Shown: positions 13,073-26,100, numbered from the whole stretch's first letter. The stretch is 63,956 bases of DNA, filler included, from Dugesia japonica (GCA_001938525.1; 6 parts of 6 records of this genome joined end to end with filler, not necessarily neighbours in it); one strand, 5' to 3'. The notes: generated from the sequence alone by a model not told the origin. Made by a program: numbers and translations.

Positions 13073-13699
13073 ATGAAATTAAATAATTTCTATGCACTTG
13101 TACCTAGTAATAGTAGTCCTTTAGTTCATCCAAATAATACTGCTAGTAATTACATTGTTGAACTTCAAAATCCAATATATATGAATGGTAGATGGGAAGT
13201 TGCCATGATGGTTTTCACCTTTGTATATTCAGCCATACCGATTTACGGTCAATCTAGGATTGATTATGAATTATTTACAATAATTGAGAAGGAACTAGTA
13301 CTTGATGTTAACAATAAAGAAAAGAAAGTTTTTTTAACTGTTAATTCTCAAGACAAATATAAAACTAACACGGAAACAGTTATACAATTATCGATAGAAA
13401 ATGTTTTAGTCTTTACTAGTGATATTACATACCACAGTTTATTATTTGAAAATCAGGAAACTATAAAGAGATTTTCACATTTTAGTGGTGAATATGAAAG
13501 TGCGGAAATTAAATTAGTTTTTGATACTAGTAAAAATTTTGGAGATAAAACATTTTTTCTTGGCTTTCAACATTTTAAAAACGACGAAACCATCGAAAAA
13601 ATAAAAATGAAATATTATTATCCGATTGTAACTAAACATTCTTTTCAATTCGAATCTGAACTTTATATAAAGGATTTAAATCAACTAATTTTATCATGA
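13073..13699 (+). CDS. Polinton minor capsid protein (PX/penton-like), 3'-truncated
   Basis: N-terminal motif FYALVPSNSS...PNNTASNYIVELQNPIYMNGRWEVAM is typical of Polinton minor capsid proteins. The ORF stops where a repeat element begins. Confidence 0.75.
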   Translation: MKLNNFYALVPSNSSPLVHPNNTASNYIVELQNPIYMNGRWEVAMMVFTFVYSAIPIYGQSRIDYELFTIIEKELVLDVNNKEKKVFLTVNSQDKYKTNTETVIQLSIENVLVFTSDITYHSLLFENQETIKRFSHFSGEYESAEIKLVFDTSKNFGDKTFFLGFQHFKNDETIEKIKMKYYYPIVTKHSFQFESELYIKDLNQLILS

Positions 13700-15838
13700 A
13701 AATATAACAAAGACTCTCCTCTTTGGTTATTTTTCAACAATTTTATCATGAAAATATCTCAAAGACAAGAAAATATCTCCTCTCTTTGAAGTATTTTGAT
13801 AGATATATTTTTTATCAAGTAAATATTGCAAAGATATATTTTTTGATATTTGACCTCTTTTGACCTTTTTGATATATTTTATCATGAAAATAAGCCAAAG
13901 TTCGTTAAAGTTTTTTCATATACTTTATCATGAAAATATCACAAAGACTCCCCTCTTTGAAGTTTTATTTTAATAGATATTTTAAAATATGCAACACAGC
14001 TACAACACACATACACTAAAAATCACGTGCCTGGAAAATTTTAATTAATACATACAATAGGTATGCAACTCATTTGCAACTCATATGCAACGAACTTACA
14101 CTGAAAATTACAATTCTCAGAATTTTTAAAACTCAATATAGCCGCCATTTTGATTTTTTTTAATAAATGCAATATGTACGCAACTCAGATGCAACTCAGA
14201 TGCAACACATATACACTGAAAATCACATGCCTGGGAAATTTTTTATTAACGAATGCAATATGTATGCAACTAAAATACAACTTAGATTCAACACACATAC
14301 ACCGAAAATCACATGCCTGGGAAATTTTTTATTAATAAATGCAATAGGTATGTGACTCAAATGCAACACACATAAACTGAATATTTTAATAATAAATGCA
14401 ACTCAGATGCATCACATGTACACTGAAAATCATGTGACTATGAATTTTTATTAAAAAAATGCAATAGGCATGCAACTCAGATGCAACTCAGATGCAACAC
14501 ACATACACTGAAAATTATGCGCTTATACATTTTAGACTGTCAATGTAAAATATAGANNNNNNNNNNNNNNNNNNNNNNNNNNNNNNNNNNNNNNNNNNNN
14601 NNNNNNNNNNNNNNNAATTATATTAAAAAGATTTTCCGCGATTAAAATGAAAAACTTTAAATTTCCAACCAAAATATTTTTTTGAATTTCCCGCCAAAAA
14701 TAATTTTTTGAATTTCCCGCCAAAAAGATTTTTTGAATTTCCTTCCAAAAAGATTTTTTTTGAATTTCCCACCAAAAATATTTTTTCGATTTTCCCACAA
14801 AAAAATATTTTATTTTGAAATTCCCGCTAAAAGTTTTTTGAATTTCTTGCTAAAAATATTTTTTGAATATCCCACCAAAAAATAACAAGACTATCCCCTT
14901 CCCCGTTCGAAAAATATGAAAATCCACGCTTCAAAAAAATACTCAGTCAAAAAATACTCAAAAATATATCATTTTTACAAAAATAACATTACTTTCATCA
15001 ATTTCATCAATTTAAGCAATATACAGCATTTTTACTCAAAATAAAGATTTCAACCCCTTATGACGTCACACACTCCCGTCAGAAAAATTTCAAATAAATA
15101 TTCAAAATTCCGATAATTAATTGTCTTTCTACACATACAACTCTCCCCGCCCAAAAACTTTTATACTACTTACAAATATCAACCAATCAAATAGTAGCCT
15201 TATAATTAAAAAATCAAAGCACATTCGACATACAAAATCTTCTCCATCACAATACCTCTCCAACAAACTATCAAACAACAAATTCAAACAAACCCATACA
15301 AACCTACAACCTTCTTAAAAAACGACCCACGATAACTCATACGAGTGGGCTGATGTGCTACCATAGTCGTAGGACAAACCATACATCCAATCTCATAAGT
15401 CCGTTAGACAATATATAGACAATATTTTCGTTCAACATCAACCAAATCATAAAAACTTTAAAAAAATTATTTCCAAGATCTCCAACTCCTCCTCCTCATT
15501 TCCCCACTCTTTCACACACACACACACAACCACACACACAAACTCAACTTGACCTACTTTTTAAAAACCACCTTANNNNNNNNAACACACACAAATTTTA
15601 AAATTTAAAAATACACACACACAAACCATCAGGATAAAAAAAACTGATCCGATCAAAAAAATTTGATCCGATCAAAGATTTTTTGATCCCGAAAATCTAA
15701 GAAAAAAAAACCAACCCAAAAATCATAGTTAAAAAAACGCAACTTAAGTGTAATGTATTTCTGAGCCCCCCCGGGGGGTGGGGGGTCCCCCTCGATAACT
15801 GCTTAAAAAATATTGCAGTGCGCTACTATCCCCTTACT
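13690..15838 (-). mobile_element. Polinton-type terminal/subterminal repeat, family B
   Basis: Terminus rc AGTAAGGGGATAGTAGCGCACT at 15838. Internal tandem arrays (ATGCAACTCAG... units; TTTCCCGCCAAAA units). Copies at 16904-18570 (+) and 43488-44150 (+). Confidence 0.65.
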
Positions 15839-16903
15839 AGAAGAGAATGAACAAGTAAAAATAAATTATCATAGATTGCAAGGTAGGCCAAGTTTGGAAG
15901 TTAGAATTCAAGGTCGATATATGAACTGCTTTTTGTATACAGATGCAAAGATAAACGTGATGAGCCTCAATATTCTTAGAAGTCTGACAAATGTGGAGCT
16001 GATAGGAACTGATGACATGTTAAAATATTCAAATAATAGCAGACTGAACATTGCGGGTAAGATATATGTAGAAGTGGAAATCGAAAACAATATGAGCGGT
16101 CCTATCACAAAATGATGATGATGGAAGAAAAAGAGTTATTGCTTACGGCTCACATGCAATGACATCACATGAGAATGGTTAATTACTAGCAATCTACTTC
16201 TTCTGCAACCACTTTAAACATTATTTATATGGAAAAAAAGTCATAACGAGAACACATCACAAACCCATCGTATTCATGAAAAAGACGAAAAAACCGATAA
16301 CACATCAATTCCAGATATGGATGAATTACCTTAGCAGCTTAGACATGGAACTAATATATAGACAAGGTGAAAAACAGACAAACGCAGATATGCTCTCAAG
16401 AATGAAATGCGGAACGTGTACTCAATGTCAAATGCAACATGAAGATCCAAAGATGACGAAGATGAAAAGAAGACATATAAATCAGATGGTAAAGATAGAG
16501 AGATGTAGATGGCAAGAAGAAATAGAGGAAATTAAACTAATTAAATAAGATTTTCAATAAAGAAAAGAATTCAAAGTAGAGAGTCGAAAGTAATATAGTG
16601 AAAACAAGTGATGGGAAAATTTGGATTCCAAAAGAGAAAAGAATATCAATGATCAAAGAGATACATACATTATTCAAGAATATGATGGAATTGATGAATA
16701 TAGAAATACACTTTTCAAGTCAGTACCATCACAATACAAACATAATTATAGAGAGACAATTACACAAAATTAGAGACTGTATTAACGCAGCCTCAGATGA
16801 AGATAGAAGAAAGGATTGGAGTAACAGGATACCGGAGATTGAATAGATGATGAATGTGACAAGGCAAAAGACATTGGGGATATCACCAGCAGAATTAGTA
16901 TTC
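15839..16903 (+). pseudogene. Ty3/Gypsy pol fragments (protease, RNase H end, integrase pieces)
   Basis: MNCFLYTDAKINVMSL; TNADMLSRMKCGTCTQCQMQH; SSQYHHNTNIIIERQL. Confidence 0.85.
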
Positions 16904-18570
16904 GGTGTGTGTGTATTTTTAAGTTTTCTGTGTGTTTGGGTTGTTAAGGTGGTTTTTAAAAAGTAGGTCAACTTGAGTTTGTGTGTGTGGTTGTGGGTGT
17001 GTAAAAGACAGGAAAAGACGAGGAGGAGTAGCTGGAGATCTTGGAGATATAATTTTTTTGTGTTTTTGAAAATTTGTTTGTTGTTGGACAAAAATTTAGT
17101 CTATATATTTTCTAAACAACTTATGAGTTTGGATGGATGGTTTTCACTACAAGAGTAGTGGCACACAGGCACAGGCGGATGAGTTATGGTGGGTAGTTTT
17201 TGTTTTGGTTGTAGATTTTCATGTTGTTGATGGAATTTGTTGGTTAATGGCTTGTTAGAGAGGTAATGTAACGAGGAAGATGTTGGTTCTCAAATGGGCT
17301 TTGATTTTCTATTTTAAAGGCTTGATTTTGATTGGTTTATTTTGAAAGTAGTATAAAAGTGTTAAAAAAAATTTTCGTGAGGTGGAGGTTGGTATGTGTG
17401 GAAAGAGAATTAATTATCGGATTTTATAAGATTTATTTGAAATTTTTCTGTCCGTTAGTTATGACGTCATAAATTTTTGAAATAATTAATTTGGTAAAAA
17501 ATGCTGTACATTGCTTAATTTGATGAATTTAATGAAAGTTATTTCATTTTTGAGTATGTGATGTGTTTTTCGTTATTTTTTCGATATTTTGATCAGGGAA
17601 GTGTTGTTTTATAAGATTTTCGACTGGGGAAGAAAGGAGTCTCGATATTTACTAAAACATTTTTGGCAAGAAATTTTAAAAATTCTTTTTGGGGGGAAAT
17701 TCAGAAAAAATCCTTTTAGGCGAAAAATTCAAAAAAAAATTTTTTTTGGCGAGGTAATTTAAAAAACTTATTTTTGGCAGGAAATTAAAAAAAATTATTT
17801 TGGGCGGGATATTCAAAAAAAAATTTTTGTGGGAAATTTAAAAACAATATTTTGCTTGGAAATTCTTCATTTCAATGGGGTGAAATGTTTTTTTATAATT
17901 TAATTAAATTTAATTACTTTTTCATGTTAGAGATGGGTTAGTCTCTATATTTTGCAAAATATGGGCAATCTTCATATTTTTTAAGATATTTCTTCATGGT
18001 ATGGGGAGACTTGATATTTGTTAAGATATTATTACGAGATATTTATGCATGTTATGGGCAGTCTTGATATTTTTTAAGATATTATTACAAGATATCGGAC
18101 AGTCCGGATTGAAGCATTATTGATTATTATTTTATATTTTATTTTAGATATTTTTTTTGTAAGAGATTGAGGCATTATTGATTTTTAAATAAAATATTTT
18201 TTCTTTAGATGAGCCAGTCTTGTTATTTTGCAAGGAATGAACAGTCTAAAATTCATAGACACGTGATTTTCCGTGTATCTGTGTTCCATCTTAGTTGCAT
18301 CTGAGTGGCATACCTATTTCATTTATTTAAATAATTCAAAATGGTGGCTAAATTGAATTTAAAAAATCAAAATGGCAAATATGGTGAGTTTTTATTTAAA
18401 ATTCAAAACCGTGGATACATTGAGTTTTAAAAATCAAAATGGTGGCTATGTTGAGTTTTTAAAATTCTCAGACTTTTGATTTTCAGTGTATGTGTAGCAG
18501 CTGTAATGCTTCTGAGCTGCATTTATGAAAATATATCTATCAAAAAACTTCAAAGAGGGAAGTCTTAAAA
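16904..18570 (+). mobile_element. Second, terminus-less copy of the family-B subterminal repeat (inverted relative to ~13940-15620)
   Basis: Reverse-complement matches such as GGTTTTTAAAAAGTAGGTCAA, TGACGTCA and TTTTGGCGGGA units. Confidence 0.65.
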
Positions 18571-18579
18571 AAGTTCATA

Positions 18580-20723
18580 AGTAGATGGATAGTGGCAGTG
18601 AAGAACAGCACACATTCAGTAGCTCCTCCCCACCCCTTTTACATAATCGGATTATTACATAACTGTTTTTAAATTTTTCTAATGTAAATAGGTGGCGGCA
18701 CACATTTGTGTGCGTTACATAATGTAATTAATCTTGTTGCGAGATTATTACATTACTGTTTTTGTATTTTTCTAATGTAAATAGGCGGCGAACAAATTTT
18801 GCACACAAACTAGTCATGAGATTAATTTCATCGGTGAAATTTTATGTAATAGGATTAACTGTTTTTAAATTTTTTTAATCTATTTAGTTGGGAAAATATT
18901 TTAGGTTTTTTAGGCGGTAAGTGTTTTTTAAATCTTCCAATGTATTTAGTTAGGAATTTGCTCAATGAGGTCGATGAGGTTGAATTTTAGTAATTTTAGA
19001 GTGATTTGGTAGAAAATTTCTTCGGTGAAGTCGAATATGGTCAATTTTTGATTGGTTTAGATGAATTTGGTATAATTTTTTCTCGGGGTTGGTTGGTTTG
19101 GGTAATTTTTTGATGTTTTAGTTACATTTTTCCTCAGGATTGATAATATGTGGGTGATTTAGGTGAAATTGGTTGCAATTTTTCTTGTTGAGGTTGAATT
19201 TGGTCGATTTTTTATTGGTTCAGGTGAATTTGGTTACTTATTTCCTCAGAATTGGTCAGTTTAGGTAATTTTTGGACGATTCGATCTATTATTTACTCGG
19301 TTTAGGTAATAATGGCAATATTTGTCCTCGGGATTGGTTAGTTTTGGTAATTTTTAGTCGAAAAAGTAGAATTTATTTAAATTTTCAAGTTTTCTAAAAT
19401 TACTTTAAACTTTTGTGGTAAATTTGTGAAATTAAGTCGTTTTTGTTTAAATTTTCAGATTTTTAAAATTTTTCAATCAAAATTTTATGGGAATCCGGGA
19501 GAACATTAGAAATTTCGAAAATTTTTGAAAAAATTTATTATTAAGATTTTTTTATCAATCGATGGAGAATTCAATGGAGATTATTTTTCACAAATAAAAA
19601 TTTTTCGAAAAAATTATTTCTCATCTTTACATAAAATAATCATATCTATTAGATAGAAAATTCTTTACTGATTTCCAATATATAAACCTAAAATTGCTAA
19701 AGTTAATACCCAATAAATTAATAGGGTTTTGTGGTGAAAAATCTCAAATTTTGAATTTTGGTGCTCAATTTTCTCTGCATACATAACTCGTATGGTTTAA
19801 AATTTTTGGTATCATTTTACTCAGGAGGAAACAGTGACTATGCAAAGTTAAAATATTGTCTTGGGAAAAATGCTTCCTAACGAAGATATTCAGTTGTCAT
19901 CTCGGATTTGGTAACTTTTTTCGAAAACTGAAAAATATCTCAAAATTCGTCAAAAAGGTATCAATTTGATAGAGAATCTTTTACTGATTCAAACTATGTA
20001 AGTATATACTCACCAAACCGTATAGATAAAACGTTATATTGAAAAAATATGTATTTCATTATTGGGAGCCCGGGAGGGAATTGTGAAATTCGGAAATGGT
20101 AACTCGAATTTGAACATCAATGTATCAATTAGATAGAACATTTAATGTTGTGTAGGAAAAACGTAGTTAAAAATCAACAAACCTTGTGCATAAAAAGTTA
20201 AATAGAAAAAACATGTACTTCATTTTTGGCAGTCCGGGAGGGAATTATGAATTTTGGAAAGGATAGCTGGAATGTAATTATAAATTATTCTATCCGATAG
20301 AGAAATTTATTTTGAGTCAGAAAAACATTGTTACAAATGACCAAGCTTTATAGATAAAAAGTTATAAAGAAAAAACAAAGTGTAAAATAAATTGACAATC
20401 ATAGGAATCGAACCACCACTGATGAACTGTAAAAAGGAAGTTCTTACCACTGAACTTATTCATCGAATAAGAAATTTTTGAAATATCAGTATTAATATTG
20501 ATAAAATACGTCAAACTTTATCATTAACGGAATAAAATTCAAAACATTACTTATTATGGGTTGTTATAATGGATAATTGTAATCTCTAATAAGAATGTCG
20601 AAAAATTAAAGGTCACTCAAATTTGAACACCAAGGTATCTTTTAGATAGTATTGTTGGGGTGAAACACCGGATTAAGGAAAAAATAATGGTGTAAGTAGA
20701 CACGGAATTCAAAAGATCTATAT
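18580..20723 (+). mobile_element. Polinton-type left terminus plus non-coding internal region (family A)
   Basis: Starts AGTAGATGGATAGTGGCAGTG; the segment 19780-19960 is shared with 38155-38340. Confidence 0.6.
20394..20464 (-). pseudogene. tRNA-like sequence (degenerate; TAC at anticodon position), A and B boxes retained
   Basis: 71 nt with D-arm GTTC-AGTGGTAA-GAAC and T-loop GGTTCGATTCC at tRNA spacing. The anticodon stem does not pair and the acceptor stem is weak. Confidence 0.55.
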
Positions 20724-20823
20724 NNNNNNNNNNNNNNNNNNNNNNNNNNNNNNNNNNNNNNNNNNNNTTAATTAATTAANNNNNNNNNNNNNNNNNNNNN
20801 NNNNNNNNNNNNNNNNNNNNNNN
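20724..20823. other. Artificial scaffold linker
   Basis: 44N-TTAATTAATTAA-44N. Confidence 0.95.
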
Positions 20824-20923
20824 TATTTACATTAGAAAAATACAACCTCAGTTATGTAATAATCCGATTACGTCGGGGGGGTACTGCATGTGTGCAGGGG
20901 TTGACTGCCACTATCTATATACT
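20824..20923 (-). mobile_element. Polinton-type right terminus (family A)
   Basis: rc AGTATATAGATAGTGGCAGTC...GTAATCGGATTATTACATAACT matches 18580-18690. Confidence 0.65.
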
Positions 20924-20984
20924 ATTATTATTATTATTTATAAATCAATTAACCTTGCTCTAACTAATAGTTTGATAACTAATA

Positions 20985-22208
20985 GTTTGATAAGCAATTA
21001 CGTGAAAAATAAAACAAGGAACGATATATTTATATTTAAAACAAACTTTATTTTTCAACATAATATTCATTGAGCCTTATACACTTATTCCAGCATTTCC
21101 TATTTTTTTTCTTTCTTTTAGTATAATTTATCCCAACCATCAAAATGGGCATCAATTACTTGGATAACTTTGTCATTTAATCTGAACTTTCGACCTACAA
21201 GTCATTATTTTAATTCTGGAAACAGAAAGAAATCATACAGAGCCAGGTCTGGAGAATATGATGGATTTAATAGCATTTGAAACTGTAGTTTGTGTGGTTT
21301 TGCTATTACAATAGTCAACCTGTGAGGGATGCATGGTCATGATGAAACAGAACCTTTTCTTCAATATATACGACCGTATATAAAAACTAATAATTAATTA
21401 TCCTTTGTAATTGTTTCTCCTTTTTCAAGATAATAGGCGAGAGTTACACCCTAAATATTTCAAAATATAGTAGCTATAACTTTTTCAGTAGATGCAATCA
21501 TCTTCACATTTTTGCAGCTTGGTTCGCCTAATTTTCTCTACTACTTTCATTAAGTTTTAGTTTCAGGCTTCTATGTTATATCCAAGTTTCATAAACAGTA
21601 ATAAAATGACAAAACATTTATTTTGATTGAATTTGAACAGTACCAAACATTGCTCCGAACAGTGCATACGCTCAGGTTACTAGTCAATTGTGAGTTAGCA
21701 CGGCACTCATCTTGCTTACAGTTTTTTCATTCCACATTTTTTGCAGATATTGAAAATACTGATCATATTGAATTGTCCCCAACCTTAGCTATCTCGCCCA
21801 CTTTTATTTCACGGTCATTTAGGATCCTTTGGATCATTTTGGGTGTTGTCGATTCATTTTGATGTCCAGAACGTTCAGTATCATATGGCATTGTAAGGCC
21901 ACAATACAATTCTGAAAACTACTTATGTATCATTCCGATTGATGGCGAAGAGTCTTTTTTAATATTTATCAAGCTTTTGTTTGGTTTCGGTAATCGTTTT
22001 ACCTCTTAAGAATTCATGTTTTTCCAATTTTGACAAAAATCTTCGGTATCGATAAGTTTAAACTGCGACTGAATTAAAACAAATTTATGTATTTTTTGGA
22101 AATTTTAGATTTCTAGTTTGCAATGTCCTTATTTGTTAATAAAAACGTTTCATGGCTTTAGTGTTGAGATTTGTTTCATTTTTCACGGAATTATTAAACT
22201 GCCTCGTA
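20985..22208 (-). mobile_element. Degenerate mariner transposon
   Basis: PSYSPDLALYDFFLFPELK motif (~21210-21270). TIR rc TACGAGGCAGTTTAATAATTCCGTGAAAAATGAAACAA at 22208, partly matched near 21000. Confidence 0.85.
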
Positions 22209-22445
22209 ATAGTAATCGGTTGTTGAAAATATTTAAAATTTGATAAAATTCATAAATTTACTTATTTTTACTTCAGCAGAAAATGTCCACAAAGAAATTC
22301 AAAAAAACAATTTATTATTACAGTTAGAAATGAAACCTCCTAACTCTCCTATGCAGGTTATTTTTCGATAATATATATTATTTGTTTTTTTTCATGCTTT
22401 CTTTAAAATAAAAGCTTCGATCAAATGTGTTTTGTTCTTGATAAT

Positions 22446-22480
22446 AATTCTAATTTTCGACTTTGTCTTCGTCAGGAATT
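22446..22480 (-). ncRNA. Minimal type I hammerhead ribozyme
   Basis: AAUUC-CUGACGA-A-GAC(AAA)GUC-GAAA-AU-UA-GAAUU: conserved core, 3-bp stem II, palindromic AAUU stem III, 5-bp stem I. Confidence 0.8.
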
Positions 22481-22869
22481 GACTGTTTTGATTTATTCAA
22501 GATTTATGTTTTTAATGGAAATATTTTTTTGAATTAATTTAATTTACTGAATTTTAATTGGTATATTTTTATTTTTTTTTAATTTTAATTATTACTTTTT
22601 ATAAACTACATATATTTTAGGATTATCTTCTTTAATTTGTAATTCTTTATGTTTTTTTATGAAGTGTGGAAATATATCCTGTTTCTAGTGTTTTCTATGT
22701 TATGTGATGTTCTGGGAAGTATTATGCATGTGTTGAAAGTGTTTGAAGACTTCACTTTCTTTTTGTTTGAGATGTTTATAAATTAAAATTCAGTAAATTA
22801 AATTAATTCATTAAATTAAATTAATATATTTCCATTAAAAATATGAATCTTTAATAAATCAAAAAAGTC

Positions 22870-22904
22870 AATTCCTGACGAAGACAAAGTCGAAAATTAG
22901 AATT
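22870..22904 (+). ncRNA. Minimal type I hammerhead ribozyme (inverted copy)
   Basis: aattcCTGACGAagacaaagtcGAAAattagaatt. Confidence 0.8.
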
Positions 22905-23042
22905 ATTATCTAAACCAAAAAAACGATCAATCATGAAGTCCAATAATTATTCTTGCAATAATTGTAATTGGAAAATTTTTCTTGCTCACTATNNNNNNNN
23001 NNNNNNNNNNNNNNNNNNNNNNNNNNNNNNNNNNNNNNNNNN

Positions 23043-23103
<61 letters not shown>
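23043..23103. repeat. (TAT)n microsatellite
   Basis: ~20 perfect units. Confidence 0.95.
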
Positions 23104-23105
<2 letters not shown>

Positions 23106-26100
23106 ATCTTTATAATAAATTCCAGTTGTATTATTTTTCCTTGCAAAATTAAGCATGTTGTTTTTATCCTGTCCATTTCAAAACATGTTGATTATTGAAT
23201 GTTTTTCAAATTTTATTATTCATAGATTTATTATTTGTATATAGAAAATATAAATAAAAAACAAAAACATAATTGGCAATTTTATTGACTATGTATTAAA
23301 ATGTTTTATAAAGCTACAAATTTGACAAGTAGTGGAATAGTTATACACTAACTCACTTCACCCGAGGAAAGAAAATTTTTGTACCTTAAATTTGATTGGT
23401 CGCACCAATGTTTCTAGCCATTTGATTGATTGATAATTTATTTGTGTGTTGATTACAAAATGATTACGTAATGACGACGTCATGGCAATGCAATGATTAC
23501 GTTATTATTAAGTAATAATTATTTATGTTTTAATTAATGCATTTTCATGGTTTTATTTTCAATGAGTTATAATTAATTATTTTTAATTTAAATTAAGTTT
23601 AATTAATTATTTTTGTTCAAGTTAAGGGAAATTAAAGATTTTTTGTTAAGTTCTTTCCGAGGAATATTAATATTAGTCTCACNNNNNNNNNNNNNNNNNN
23701 NNNNNNNNNNNNNNNNNNNNNNNNNNNNNNNNNNNNNNNNNNNNNNNNNNNNNNNNNNNNNNNNNNNNNNNNNNNNNNNNNNNNNNNNNNNNNNNNNNNN
23801 NNNNNNNNNNNNNNNNNNNNNNNNTGGAAAATCGATGGAAAAGCCTACTTATGTTTTAATTAACCAAAATTTTCAAATATTTAGATAGTTAAGCTAAGTT
23901 CTCTCGAGAGGCTTAAATATTAGATTTCCTTAGGTTCAAACTATGAGACGTCCGTTTTAAAAATTAGTTGTCAGGGTTCAAACTATTAGATATCTATGGG
24001 TTCGCATTCTTGACTGCACCCGACATTAGTTGCTTTCTGAACATACTATTCGATGCTCCCTGACTCATACTATTAAATTTTCTGATATTAGGTGATCCCT
24101 GACTTATTAATATTAGCAACTGTTACTATTTCGAGGGAAATCCTTTGTTAATTTTTTTATTTTTTGGTAAAATTATTAATAACATCATTAAAAATTATTT
24201 TCATACACTGTTTCAATAACAGTTTTGTTTTCATTCCCTACCAGTACATTATCTTCTCCGACACCTCAGTCTGATGTTGCGAATTCATCAAGGTCCGTTG
24301 GCATCCAATTAAATCCATTCATAGTTGAACTTATCGATCAGCTTGTGTAGTTTTAACTAGACTAAGCTCGAATACAGTATGTGCATCTCTAGCAGCAATG
24401 CTTCATACCGTTCATATCCTGTCTCAAATATACAGCGCTATAACTGTCTAATTTTTATAAGTTTAAAACAGTTAGTCGTCAACGTCAATCTTTGGCTAGA
24501 CACAGATCCGCAAAATGGTAAAGAATTCAAAGTCACTTGTTATCAATGTAATGTATGATATTAAATAAATATTTAAATTAAATCATTACTTATTATCGCT
24601 GAAGAAAAGCATTACTAAATTCATTAAGTTAAAGCATTACCATTCAATAAAGTATCTTTACAAAAATTATTACAAGAAAATCATTACCGTGTAATAAAGC
24701 ATTAAATAAAAATAAATACTTACTTATTGTCAAAGTCCATTAGAAATTCGTAATAAGTTTTTATATTTTCAATAACTTTAATCATATCATTAAGTATTTA
24801 TAACTTATAGGATTGTTCTGGTTAATCTGGTTTGTTGTCTCAAATGCTTTCGCGCATCGTCCAGGAGACGCGCTAATTTTCCCTCGCGTTCATCATGCCA
24901 CATTGTTATTTTCGCGAATGCCTTTTTGTGTTTTTGCTATTGTTGTTCAATTCTTTTCTTTAAGATCTCCAATTTATCTAACTTTTCGAGAAGCTTCTGC
25001 TCCTGTTCGAATATCTTTGCTTCCAACGCTAAAATCTGCAGGTCTTTCTGGTATAGTGGATCTTATACAATCCACCAGTGCTTGAAATCGGTCCTTTCGA
25101 GCCCTAACGAATACCAGAATATTATTAAATAATTAAAAATGTTAATAAATTCATGAAAGTGTTAGCATGATAACCACAAAAACATGATTATAAAATTTAT
25201 CAATTTAATTAATTGACAATAAAGATCGATCAATAAACTAGAATAATGTTAAGGTCAGTAATTGTAATCATGTAATTCATTAAATGAGAATTCAATATCA
25301 AACATATCATTGATATGATAATAAGTCAAAACCCAAAATCATAATTTAAAAACAAAACTTATTATTTTTTTGCAAAGGTACAAGGTCTCTCTCTAGACAT
25401 TTTTTNNNNNNNNNNNNNNNNNNNNNNNNNNNNNNNNNNNNNNNNNNNNNNNNNNNNNNNNNNNNNNNNNNNNNNNNNNNNNNNNNNNNNNNNNNNNNNN
25501 NNNNNNNNNNNNNNNNNNNNNNNNNNNNNNNNNNNNNNNNNNNNNNNNNNNNNNNNNNNNNNNNNNNNNNNNNNNNNNNNNNNNNNNNNNNNNNNNNNNN
25601 NNNNNNNNNNNNNNNNNNATGTCAACATTTTACATTTCACTTCCTCATTAATCTCATTGATTATCATTTACTTATCATTCGACTTTATCAACCTAAAGTT
25701 CTCTCTCTTTATTAATTGGCATCATACTTTAACATCTTATGATACACTCTCGTCATCACCTAATCTCATAACCTTCCGACCTCCATATTCTAAGACAATG
25801 CTTCATCTCGTGAATAAATAATGACGTTTCGTCTCATTTCAAAAAATAATTCGTGCTGCTTTAATAATTTGTCATTCCACGTTAATAATGTTGCTTTACT
25901 GTGGATGATCTCGTTGTTATTCTCTATTACAAAACTTTTGTAAGCATCACTTTTTTATTTAGATAACATATATAAACAATAAAGTTTACTTTTCTCTTTT
26001 CAAGCTTTTCAATTAATGATTAACGATTTTTAACGATAAATCAGTAAAAGCTTTTTTGCGTATTTTTTATGTTTCTCGTTGTTTTGTATACCCTACTGTA

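Larger units (their letters stand above)
22400..22930 (-). mobile_element. 5'-truncated Penelope-like element: GIY-YIG C-terminal remnant, pLTR and inverted pLTR copy
   Basis: Minus-strand HLKQKESEVFKHFQHMH...KELQIKEDNPKI (22775-22610). ~120-bp inverted repeats at 22440-22560 and 22781-22910, each with a hammerhead motif. Confidence 0.7.

Noticed and set aside
13980-14530. CRISPR-like repeat-spacer array
   Set aside because: Whole units are repeated without unique spacers; eukaryotic context and no cas genes.
20394-20464. Functional tRNA-Val(TAC) gene
   Set aside because: The anticodon stem cannot pair and the acceptor stem is poor; kept only as tRNA-like.
18580-20923. A single 2.3-kb element with paired TIRs
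   Set aside because: The ends lie on different scaffolds, are diverged, and the flanks (TTCATA vs ATTATT) give no TSD.
22933-23198. Poly-Ile/poly-Tyr ORFs (also 60131-60370) and N-containing ORFs
   Set aside because: Microsatellite and gap translation artefacts.
24810-25100. + strand ORFs and a minus-strand coiled-coil-like frame
   Set aside because: No recognisable family; the minus frame has internal stops.
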